Positions 53,048 through 63,833 of a stretch of 64,000 bases of DNA are shown here, one piece after another; the first letter of the stretch is position 1, and the number at the start of each line of letters is the position of its first letter. Source of the stretch: Gnetum montanum. Taxonomy: Eukaryota > Plantae > Gnetophyta. The notes under the pieces are model-generated. The model was not told where the DNA came from. It searched no databases and worked only from the letters and a program-made list of their open reading frames with translations. Both the position numbers and the translations under genes were made by a program. The stretch is taken from contig MNCI01001248.1 of NCBI GenBank assembly GCA_015680685.1, forward strand, positions 369,822 to 433,821, in the 5' to 3' direction.

Positions 53048-56000
53048 ATGGGCAGAGGCAAAGAACTAGAGGGCCGAAGACAGAAAGGACCTGAACTGAT
53101 GTTCGCGGAGGAGAGTGAGGCGATGCTGCAGTGCCTACCCCGCCCGAGCGTCACCGCATGGCCTGGATCTTCTGGCAGGTAGGCCTTTGACCCTGTTTTC
53201 ATTGATTTCTAGCGTAGAAAGTTAGCGTAGGGTTTCGGTGTCTAGCGTAAGTTGGTCTACGCTTGGCGTATACGCTGAGGGTTTCTACAGCGTATATGCC
53301 AGGCGTAATTTGGACATTTCGCAGCGTCGTACATTTTCGTATTATGCACGGCGTAGATAGTTTTCGGCATGCCCTATTTTTCGTACGCCCAGCGTATACA
53401 CCGAGCGTAACTGTCTTCGTACGCCCAGCGTATACGCCCAGCGCATATGCCCAGCGTAACTTTTTGTGTACGCCCAGCGTATACGCCGAGCGTAACTGTT
53501 TTTGTACACTCAGCGTATACGCCGAGCATAACTGTTTTCGTACACCCAGCGTATACGCCGAGCGTAACTATTTTTTTGTATGCCCAATGTATACTCCGAG
53601 TGTAACTATTTTTTTGTATGCCCAGCATATACGCTGAGCGTAACTGCTTTCGTATGCCCAGCGTATACACTGAGTGTAACAGTTAGAAAAATTTTCTGCG
53701 AACGTCTAATTTCCGAAATGAAGTTTTGGGTATTGATCTTTGGTGCTGTTTTAATGGCTTACAGAGACATTGAGCCTCCCCTTCTAGTGGTTGAGTTAGT
53801 CGGGGTTTTGACATGGTTTGGACCTCTGGAGGGTGGTGACCCGACCCCGAATTTGACCGTTGAGCACAATGGGGTCTGGTTCCGGGACGGGGCTTGCGGA
53901 TTTTTGGCCTTCTTGCTGGACCATTTCAATGTCGTGGTTTGGTCTCATCTAGGCGAAGATGTAACACGGAGTATTATTGAAGCCATGTTACCCGGTGCAG
54001 CGGAAGGTGTCAGGATGTTTATGGAGGATATTGATGAAGGACCGCTTGTTGCTGATGGTGTTCCCCTCGGTGGTCCGAGATCGGCCCGTCCGTTGACACG
54101 CGTGTGGGACCAGCTGCCGCAGGGACCCAACTACATCAACAACACATTATTCTTGGCTGGCCACACGCATACTTTGTTTCAGAATCCCCCTGGCACAGTA
54201 TACCGGGTGGAAAGGTAATTTCGTCTTAGCTTTGGTTATTCCTCTCTTTCTCGCATTCAAATACTTACTCTCTTTTCGACACGTGTTTTCGCCTTCCCGC
54301 AGGCCAAAAGTTACGCCAGATGGGGCTTATGTAGGCGATGATGGGATTGGATTGGCGCGTACGGCCGTGGAAGTGTTCATGGTGGGTCCCACCCTTCGCG
54401 GGACCGTTTTGGCCCACACTAGGGACGTCATGAAGAACTTCCCCAAGAGATTCTCAAAGGCGTTTGCACAATGTGTTGCGCGTGGCTGGTTGCATGCCGA
54501 CTGGGCCCCTAATGGGCCAATTTTCCCGTCTGCTTCTGATCTGGGCGAAACCTCAAAGTCAAATACTGAAAGTAAGTAGCAATGTTTCCTAGACGTCATG
54601 TTTGGTTTGGTCAACTACTAAGTGTCCAGCTAATATGAAGGTTTTGGGTTTGCCTTTGCAGCTGGCACCACCTCCGGCGGGGATTCCGTTGTGACCGGGA
54701 GGACTGAAGCTACTCTTTCAATGAAATTCGGTGAAACCAGTGCCGCACAGAAGTGGTTACGGAAGAAAGCTTCGCCATCTATTGTTGCCTGTTTGGAACA
54801 TGCCGGCCTCATGGCACTCTTTGTGGCCCCTAGCCCAAATGTGTCCATAGTGGAGATGATCGGGATTGTGGATTCGTTCGACAGATTTGTCTCCCGCTAT
54901 AGCGCCCGTATTAGGGGCGTTAAAGTAATTTTTGAATTATCACCTCAATTTTTCGCGGATTTTTTTGGCGTGCCTACAAGTGGCGTAAAAGTCGTTACAG
55001 ACAGGACACATAAAGAAATTGATGTGATCCGCGATTTAGAGGGTTGGCTAGGGGTGAAGAAGGGTGCCAAAGGATTCCCAATGCAGGGGAGAACGAAGGT
55101 TGAGGAAGTCAATGAACTTGAGCACGTTTGTTTCCGAAGACTCTGTCACAAGTCAAGAGTCTCGGGGTTGAAGTAGTGCAAGTCATGCGCACTGTTCTAG
55201 AGGCTAGCGTGCGTTATAACTGGGCAGAGTTTTTATTATCAGGAATGACCAAAGAGATAGATCGGCTGCATTCGAACATAGAAGCGCAGTCCCATTTTAC
55301 CTTCGCTTTCTTCGCCAGCTATATTCGTCGCCTGGCCAAATTTTTGGTGGTTCATGGGGAAAACAAATTTGTTTTGCGTGATAGGTACCAGTTATCTCGC
55401 CCCTGGGTGAACCACTTATTTGACACAGCTAAGTCCCAAGACACCCCCGAGGGGATTGATGAATCTCTTACGATCACCACGGGTGGATCATTCGGCCCCT
55501 CGCTTCACACATGTGACAACATAGGGTTGGAGCCTGATGAGGTACCCTATACTGCAAAGAAGACGAAGCGAGTGGTCAAGGAAATAATAGGCAAAGAGAA
55601 ATCCAATTTGGGGAAGCGCGACAACACAGCTGAAGGGACCAGTGAGATTGAGCAGCCCAGAGTGAAGTGGATTCGATTTAAAATTCCTGGTAAAATTTTT
55701 ATTTTTATTTCATTTGTCTTACAAATAGTTTTAATGATTGCTGGATGTATGCAACTGACTTCATTTGTTTTGAGTTGAGCAGTCAAAAGACACGATTTGC
55801 AGACCATACCAGAGGATGAGGAATTAACCGACCCGGTGGGAGGAACTGAATTACTAGGGGAGGGAACTGGAGGAACCGGAGGAACTGGAGGTACCGAACC
55901 CCTAGATGATCAAGCGGACACTAAAGAAATGTTCAACAGCTTTCTTAAAGGGGACCTTGAGCTTGGAGACCCTCCGACGCAGGAGGAGATCAGAGGGAAC

Positions 56001-57335
56001 TGTATGTCTCTTTACTTAGTTGTGTAGCCTAAAATATTCCTGGATTACCTTATTTTGAAAATTGTTTGTTCTGTTTGACTCAGAGGAGAGTGAGACCGTC
56101 CCAGAAAAGGAGTCAGAGATCCCCCCCGAAGTGCCTCCAAAGGTTAGCACCTCGTGTACTGATGGACCTTTTACTTGGATGGAAATGCCAAGTAAGAGAG
56201 ATTTTGTAGCTGGGGTGGCCGAAGAGGTTGTCGAATGGTTCGAGGGGATCAATCCTGGCATAGGTATGGATGCATCTAAAGGTTTTTGCTATGTTAGAGT
56301 TTGATGCTCAATTTTGTTTGTTCTAACGTTTGTCTTTTCCTATGGACAGGTGCCCAACTGAGGTGGGATCCATCTGAACCTGTCGATATGGAGAGTTTGC
56401 CTACACTTTCCACTGAGGTTGAACAAGTGCCCAGACCTATTTATGAAGAGGTAGCCGAGGGCTTCGTTCACAATGCCAAAGCGGTATGGACGTGTAGGCG
56501 CTCCATTGAACAATTGTGGCTCCAAATTCAGGCGAAAGAGAAGGAGAATTCTGCACTATCAACGGAATGTGACGATCTGAAGGCCCGATATGAGTTTGTC
56601 GCAGCTAGATTAAACAATGATTGCGCTTGGCGGACCTCTGAGGTCACGTATATGAGGTATTGGAACCTTCTCAATCGCCATGCAGGGCTGATACGGAGAC
56701 TGGGGGAGCGTAGGGCCCAAATTGATTTGCTGAACACCAAATGTCAAGATTGGAAGGCTTTCGCCTCCAAAGTACGCAAATGGGGGCAAGATGAGAAAAA
56801 CCACAAGCACCAATATAAGAAGTCGCTAAAAGAGATTTCTATTGAGAAGCAACAGTTAGAGATGTTTGTGGAGGATCTTGGTCTATGCTCTGCCTTTGAC
56901 ACATTCGCCTAGAACATAATTGTAGAGATGGAGTCTTCTAAATGGTGGATAACGACAGCCTCTGGGGAGGTGTCAGTGGGTGAATTCCCTTTGAAACATC
57001 CCACTTGGTCAGACATTGACAAAGGAAAGGCTCTGGCTGATATCGACTTGGGTCTCAATGGGACGGACTGGGCAAGTGTTCCTGAAGAGGAGATCCTACG
57101 GCGACTTGAATTCGGCTTGGGGGGACCTCCTATGGTAAGCGTTCTCTTTTTGGAGCTAATTGATTGACTAATGTTTGAAATTTTGACATTCGCTCATTTT
57201 TTGTGTTGATTATTTCCTCTTTGGTCTTTTCAAGATGAAGGTGGGGATGAGACTGGAGAGGCCAGCCCCAGTGGAGCAGGGGCCTCTAATGCTGGTGGGC
57301 CCAAGGAGGGCGATCCTCATGTCCCAAACACTTAG
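53048..57335 (+). CDS. Predicted 8-exon antisense accessory gene (~1050 aa): FCP1/NIF-like HAD domain, plant-transposon-protein-like domain, acidic linker, coiled coil; disabled in this copy
   Basis: Exons 53048-53178, 53765-54214, 54303-54571, 54662-55689, 55783-56001, 56084-56263, 56350-57134 and 57235-57335, all with GT-AG introns. The first six junctions keep phase between consecutive ORF-track ORFs. Lesions: frameshift at ~55160, TAG at the exon 5/6 junction, TAG at 56910, and uncertain phase at the last intron. Confidence 0.8.
53378..53680 (+). repeat. ~36-40 bp tandem array with GCGTATACGC palindromes in intron 1 of the antisense gene
   Basis: (ttttcgtacgcccagcgtatacgccgagcgtaactg)n, about 8-9 copies. 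Confidence 0.9.
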
Positions 57336-57559
57336 CATTTTAGCATTTTTCGTTTTTCGATTCAAACTTACACTGAAACTGTAACTTGAACATTATGAAA
57401 TGAAGAGAGATGGTTGATTGTATGTAATAACATGCATATACATATATATTTTGTTGTTGATTTTGGGTTTAACATGCCATAGAAATGTAAAATATTTTGG
57501 TTTGTCTTCTGTTTTAAATGCAATACAGGGAGCAATTATAAAAGTAGAACGAAAAGCAA

Positions 57560-57825
57560 GTACTAGTTTATGGCCATCTCGGGCCCCATGCATAGTTTAT
57601 GGCCATCTCGGGCCGCATACGTAATCAAGGGATGTCTTGGAGGATGCGGATAGATTTCTCGGCTAACCGATCATTGCTGATCGTGGCTAGTTTTATGTCA
57701 TTGCGGACATGATAGTTTAGTGTCATTTCGGACCGGGAGTGACATTTAATTGTTTTTCTTGTTTTATTGTAGTTTAGTGTCATTTCGGACATTTTATAGT
57801 TTAACGTATTTTCGGACTAAAAGTG
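57560..57825 (-). repeat. Hairpin+TAAACTA units just 3' of the gag-PR stop in A
   Basis: tagtttat-ggcc-atctcg-ggcc (x2), tagtttt-atgtc-attgcg-gacat, tagttta-gtgtc-atttcg-gac (x2). Confidence 0.8.
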
Positions 57826-57831
57826 ATGGTA

Positions 57832-60800
57832 TCACTTCAGTAATTTTTTGATCTTTTTCGTTTTAATGTTAGATGATTTTTCAACTGGTATGATCTGGTA
57901 TTCAGCGTCACCTTCGCTGATTACATTAAACAGCAATTCGGCCCAAGGAACCTCTGATGGAATGTCTTCTGTGTTAGCGCTTTCGGGTGTTTCAGTGTCC
58001 CTAGGGGACTCTATATCAGTTTCTACCCGAGGGGGCACAGACGTTTCTGTTTGAGGAGGTTTTTGCTCTGTGTCGGAAGATTCACTGCTTACTGATGATC
58101 GTAGACTTTCATTATTTTGGCTAGGCTTTTCAAGTTTGACTTTTGAGCCCTGGTCCATGTCCACATGCGATGAGATAATAGGAGCAACTGCTTCGCCATA
58201 TATGAAAATTTCTCGGCCTTCATAAGGCAGATGAATTTCCTGATGGATAGGGGAAGAGACAGCTCTCAGTTAGGCTAGCCAGGGTCTTCCCAATATCAGG
58301 TTGAACCCTGGCATTTCGTCCACTACTAGGAATTCAGCAGATGTCGAGAATTGATCTCCCGCTATAAAGTCTAAGGTTATTGAGCCTTTGACCATTGTGC
58401 GTGACCCACTAAATGACTTTAAACATATAGTTGTGGCTGGTTTAAGTAGTTCAGTAAGCCCTAGTTGCTCGATTATGTGGTATGGCACAACGTTTGTCGC
58501 AGCTCCATCATCTACATGGACCCTATGTATTTTAAATTGGTTTATACAGATTGTTATGAACATGGGAGCTATTGTCACCTCCTTCATTCTTTTATCGACT
58601 TTGATGTTGTCATCATGAAAGTTTAGAGGCTTGGGAGTAACCCCATGGGGTGAGAACATCACCGCATGGATGGAGGGTTCGTTTGGGGGTAGATCCTCGC
58701 TCACCGGGATTGATGTTAACATGCGGACTAGAGCTTCCCGATGCGTTTGAGATGTTAGAACTAAGTCATACAAGCTTAGTGAAGTGTTTTTTTGTTTTAA
58801 TGCTTGCGTGACTTGTGTCAAGGNAGTAACCCCATGGGGTGAGAACATCACCGCATGGATGGAGGGTTCGTTTGGGGGTAAATCCTCGCTCACCGGGATT
58901 GATGTTAACATGCGGACTAGAGCTTCCCGATGCGTGTGAGATGTTAGGACTAAGTCATACAAGCTTAGTGAAGTGTTTTTTTGTTTTAATGCTTGCGTGA
59001 CTTGTGTTAAGGCGGTTGCGAAGTTTTCATTGTTGGGGGTGTTTCTATCGGTGCTGATTGGATCCATTGGACCCAATAGTTTTATCTCCTGTCTGGTTAG
59101 TCTGTCAGTTTTCGGAGCTGTCGTGTCAAATGATTCGTGTTTTTCAGATGACTCGCATTCATTGCCTGTGCTTGGTTGACCGGTAGATGATGTAATGGGC
59201 ACGGAGTTGAGGGGAGTGGGCTTAGGTGGCCCCAGAGCTAACCTTTGGTACTCATTCTCCATACGTTCACGCGCAAGTCTATCTTCGGGATGTTCTCGCG
59301 TGCAGCATGGAGGTGCCGTTGGTTTTGGCATTTCGATTTTCCCTGGGAGTTTTACCACATATGGGGTTGGATGGGGTGACTCTTGTACTGCTGGATGTGC
59401 TTGGTTAGAGGGTTGGACAGGCACCCTAACAACGTAGGGCTTAGGTTGGCGTTGTGTTTGTGACACAGAGGCTTGGTAGCCATGGGGACCTTTGGGTATT
59501 CTAATGACAAATGGGGTTGGTTTGGGCGAAGGTTGGGCCTCCGTTGTTGTGTTTGCTGAGGGTACTCGGACCACAAAACGGGCAGGCCAATTATGCAGAG
59601 TTTGTGCATTTAGGAGAATGACAGGAGGGACACGCACCACATACGGCTTGTCGCGTGTCGTGGTGTTAGGTGTTGCCACTGCCGGGGGTATCTGAACGAC
59701 ATACGGCTGTTGAAAGGGATGGGATAGCCAAGGTGCGGGTGTAGACGCAGAGGCAGGTGTGCGAACTACAAAAGGTTTGTTGGATGTTGGCCGCGTATAT
59801 TCGGGGGATATAATGTTAACGTAGGATGGCTCAGAATCATCGTCAAGGCAGACTGTACTGATGGTGTATGGCGCCTCTTTAGTGTTTAAAGGGTCTTTAT
59901 AGACCCCCATAGCTTTATTTTGCGATTGAATCGGGTTTGCTTCATCGAAGGTGATCTGGCCTTCATCGATCATTCGCTGCAGGTCCTGCTTCAAGGTGAA
60001 ACAGTAATCTGTTCCGTGCCCATTTCGTTGATGGTAATCGCAAAAGCGATCCATCCTGAAGCCTTTAGGTACAGGGGGCTCATCCGGCATTGCTAGGCTT
60101 GGGTTCTGAACGAGTTGACAGAACCGGTCATGTCTCTAGATGGCCGCGGGAGATAACTGCTTATGCTGCATTAAACCGGCCTTTAGGAGCTGGTCAAAAA
60201 GCAGGGATGGCTTCATGGGCAGGGGTGTATATTGAGAGGGTTCTTTCCTCTCAAAGTTGCGTGTGCGGTTCGTTGGATTATACTGTGACGATGGTTCTGG
60301 CGCAGTCGTTGGAGTTGGTTTGTTGTAATTAGCGGGGGTTTGAGGCGGCCTAGTTTGTTGTTGTGCCCCTGCTATCGATGCTATAGTCGTTTTAGCCTTT
60401 TCTTTATCTTTTTTAGCATGTTGATTTTTGAAGGCTATGTAGGCCGGGTCATTGCTATTTTGGGCTGCTTCTTCTATGTTTTTAATTTGCTCGAAGGCTT
60501 GGTTGAGATTGCGCGCGTTTAGATAGTACAGCTTGGATTTAAAGAAATCGTTGACGGCTCCTTTCAAAATAGTGAGCAGGTATGTCTGGGAGATTTCCTC
60601 GTGCAGCTCATTGAGGGCCGCGCTCCATCTCTGAATAAATTTTTGGACCGGTTCAAGCGGTGTTTGCTTGACCTGCATGAGGCTATCTAGTGTGGCCTCA
60701 GGTTTCAGGTTATATTTGAACCTGGTTATGAACTGGTGCAATAGGTTCTCCAAAGAGGAAACAGAGTTTCTTGGGAGCGCCCTATACCAATCGAGTGCTC

Positions 60801-62142
60801 TCCCCGAGAGGGACATGGGAAAAACACGCAGGATCATGTGGGGCCATGCTTGTAGCAGTGCGCACTCTAATCTGAACGTTATTAAATGCACGTTAGGATC
60901 TGTCTCCCCATTATACTTGGTTAGCGTGATGCCCTTGGGTAGAGTTAAAGGCGGGACGGAAGAGCTGATGGGGTCATCGTTATAGAAGTCTACTACCTTC
61001 AATTCCCCGTCAGCGGTTGTCTTGAGGTGTTTTACCTCGTCAGTTAATTCCTGCATCATTCTTTTGGCCTCTGCCCAATCCTGAGCACTTGGGAGCATGG
61101 TGGTTTGAGCTTGCGGCAGGCTCTATGGGTTAGACTGTTGAACGGTGGATTGGAAGGCTAAAAGTTGCGTTGTTGGTGGTTGCGTTTGTGGGAAGTGTAG
61201 AGTAGATGGCACTAGGGGCAATACATTATAGAGAGGAGGTTGTTGCTGCTGTGGTCGTGGTTGTGCCTGAGGCACGTGAGCTGGTGGCAACGTGCGGGGT
61301 AGTACATAGTGGTGGGAAACCTGCTGCGATGTCGTACCCATCATCGGCCATTGTCCGGCCATGTCGTATGAGGAGGCTCCTTGTTGGGTTACGGCAGTGA
61401 AAGGGGGTGCATGCGTTTGGACATGCGGGATGTAGTGGGCAGATGTAGACGCAGGTATAACGTGTGGCATTCTTACCACTTGGGATTGGAACGTCACCCC
61501 CACGTTACTGTGAGGGGGCGGTGCTTGTGAGGATGAACCTGCAGCTATAAAAAGGTTGCCCTGGGGAGGGACCTGGGCTAACGTGGATGTTCCTTGTAAT
61601 GGTGCTTGGGTGTGGGCAGAGTTAAGGGGTTGGAGGGGTATAATTTCCCCTGCGTCCGGGTTAAAGATGGGGTTCATGTGGTTATGTGGACTAAGAGTAT
61701 GATAGGAGTCTTCATGCTCAGATTGCGCAGCGAACTCGTCCTCTTCGTCCCGTTGTGGATCTGCCGTAATTTGGTCTAGCGATTGGCTCCTGTGCAGAAG
61801 GAGCTGCGTAAAGAGCTCCGAGAATTGTTCCAGAATGGGGATTACGTCGTACGGGGAAGGGATGAATTTATATACCCCTCTGTAAAAGATTTCAAATTAC
61901 CTTTTTACTTCCATTTCAGCCCGGTCTACTGCCAGGCCAGCTTGCATCTTAATGCAAATGAAGTTATACTCGTCTTGGCTTATAATGTTAGCGGCATGGT
62001 CTCTCCCTTGCAACCTCAATGACCGATAGGGCCCCATTGTGGATTTCCCTCCCATATGTTGTGTGGTAGATTGCTGGGCAGTCATTGTGTCTGAGATGTT
62101 AACGTTCTGGGTAGTAGCGGCGGTGATGTTGATGGGATTCAT
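57832..62142 (-). pseudogene. gag: gag-protease polyprotein of A, single frame with several premature stops
   Basis: ORFs 61897-62142, 61123-61677, 60136-61098, 58270-60090 and 57832-58164 share one frame. Retrotransposon gag core KYNGETDPNVHL..FPMSLSGRALDWY; Zn knuckle CDYHQRNGHGTDYC; protease HVDDGAATNV..FNLILGRPWL. Confidence 0.93.
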
Positions 62143-62225
62143 GATGATAGACGGTTTGAGTATGCAGGATTGATGCGGATAACGTAGTGTATGCGACTGG
62201 CGTAGACGAATCTACAAGGTAAGTA

Positions 62226-62433
62226 TGCAGCGTAAACGCTGGCGTAAGCGTGCAGCGTATACGCTAGGGTTTGTGCAGTGTAAACGCTGGCGTAAGCGTG
62301 CAGCGTATACGCTAGGGTTTGTGCAACGTAAACGCTGACGTAAGCGTGCAGCGTATACACTAGGGTTTGTGCAGCGTAAACGCTGGCGTAAGCGTGCAGC
62401 GTATACGCTAGGGTTTGTGCAGCATAAACGCTG
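62226..62433 (-). repeat. 48 bp tandem repeat (~4 copies) in the 5' UTR of A
   Basis: (gcagcgtaaacgctggcgtaagcgtgcagcgtatacgctagggtttgt)n. Confidence 0.9.
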
Positions 62434-62479
62434 ATGAGCGTAGATGCTGAGGAACGTGAAGTCTGTTTAAGCGAAGAGG

Positions 62480-62496
62480 CCCTCCTTCTAGCGCCA
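62480..62496 (-). promoter_or_regulatory. Primer-binding site complementary to the 3' end of plant tRNA-Asn(GUU)
   Basis: Minus strand TGGCGCTAGAAGGAGGG, 6 nt from the 5' LTR. The plus strand CCCTCCTTCTAGCGCCA equals the 3' end of plant cytosolic tRNA-Asn as I recall it. Confidence 0.85.
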
Positions 62497-62502
62497 AAAA
62501 AC

Positions 62503-63833
62503 TGTGCCAACCGAAATCGTTGGTGCAAGGCTGGAACGTTACGGGCACCGAAAGATCCACGGACAAGCACAGTTGACCCTGCCTCCGCTTGAGGGCAAGC
62601 TGGAATGGACGAAGTCAGAGTACCTTGAATGGTCCGCACCCAGATCAAACAAGGACTTCCCCAAGCGCCACCGAAGTGTTATACGCTGGGTTATGCGTAA
62701 ACGGAGCGTAAACAGTGAAACAGGCGCAAACAGAGCGTAAGCGTAATCAGGGCGTAAACAGGGTCGGGCGTAAACAGCGTAAACAAATATATGCACAACG
62801 TAAGCGTATGAAAACGTGAACAGCGTAAACAAGTGTAAAGGGCGTAAGCAAACGCAAACGGTGTAAACAATGTGCATACACGGACGCAGACGGAGCGTAA
62901 CCGTAAGCAGGCGTAAATGAAGCATGAGCCAAATTGACGTAAAACTGTAAAAGAACTTGCAACAAACGTAAACAATGAATTACAGAGTCAAAATTTTGTG
63001 CACCGGTCTAACGCAGTTGTGTAGAGACACAAGGTGGATGTAAAGCCCCGATGGATGCAGGGATGCAGCTGGTTGCCATGGTAGGCGGAGCGCGGATTGT
63101 GCTTGGCGTATAGGATTTCCAGTGTAAGCGTAAGCGTAAGGGGGTTTCTGCAGCGTAATTGCTTTGGTAAATTTTTGCCGACCTGGTAAATGCGGAAAAC
63201 TGGGCTATTTATAGGGGTAGGGTTACCGGGAAAATCGGACTGGGAGACACGTGGCATTAGACCGGGCATTTACAATTTAGAAACATGGTATACGCTGGGC
63301 GTATACGCTACAACAGGTCGGCGTATATGCTAGGCGTAAACTTGGATGGATGTTGGCGTATACGCTGGGGCGTATACGCTGATGGATGCTGGCGTATACG
63401 CTGGGGCGTATACGCTGATGGATGTTGGGCGTACACGCCAGGCGTATACACCGAAGGACATCCACTTGCTTCAATCCTTGCTCTTCGGTGTAATCTTCAT
63501 GCTATCATTGGAGATCTTGTCGTCGAGCATGCGCATCTGCCGTACCAGGGCGTGTATGCCAGAGAGCCGGGAGTACACGCTGGGTGTAGACGCCGGGCGT
63601 ATACGCTGGGCGTAGACGCTAGGCGTAGACGCCGGGCGTGGACGCTAGCACAACACGGTTTAAAACTGGACGTATACGCTGGGCGTATACGCCGACACAA
63701 CATTTAGAACCAGATGTTTCAATTTTCAAAATTTTCCTACGTGACTTCAAATGTAGCCGAAGTCGCCTGTGGATCATGGGGATCTGCTTCTTGTCAGACA
63801 GATGTTAAACTCAAAGATTTTTGTGGTGTTTCA
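62503..63833 (-). repeat. 5' LTR of A (1331 bp)
   Basis: TGAAACACC...CACA; TATAAATA at 63206-63213 on the minus strand; followed by the PBS. Confidence 0.97.

Larger units (their letters stand above)
46091..63833 (-). mobile_element. Full-length Tat-lineage Ty3/Gypsy LTR retrotransposon A (17,743 bp)
   Basis: TG...CA LTRs at 46091-47389 and 62503-63833, perfect 5 bp TSD AACAT (46086-46090 and 63834-63838), PBS, PPT, gag-PR, RT-RH-aRH-INT. It interrupts the aRH of B, which reads through when A is removed. Confidence 0.97.

Noticed and set aside
53048-57335. Antisense gene as an ordinary host gene or independent DNA transposon
   Set aside because: It lies within TSD-bounded element A, shows no TIRs or TSD of its own, shares A's LTR motifs, and has a positional homologue in D.
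58636-59012. 189 bp tandem duplication (63 codons) upstream of the protease in A
   Set aside because: The two near-identical copies are separated by a single 'n' at 58824 and the segment is single in D and F. Most likely a contig-overlap assembly artefact.
62480-62496. tRNA gene
   Set aside because: Only the 17 nt 3' end including CCA is present, next to an LTR, so it is a PBS.
62139-63707. Many ORFs in the LTRs and 5' UTR of A (also 46002-47306 and 53263-53670)
   Set aside because: Translations of GCGTATACGC-rich repeats that differ between the two LTRs.
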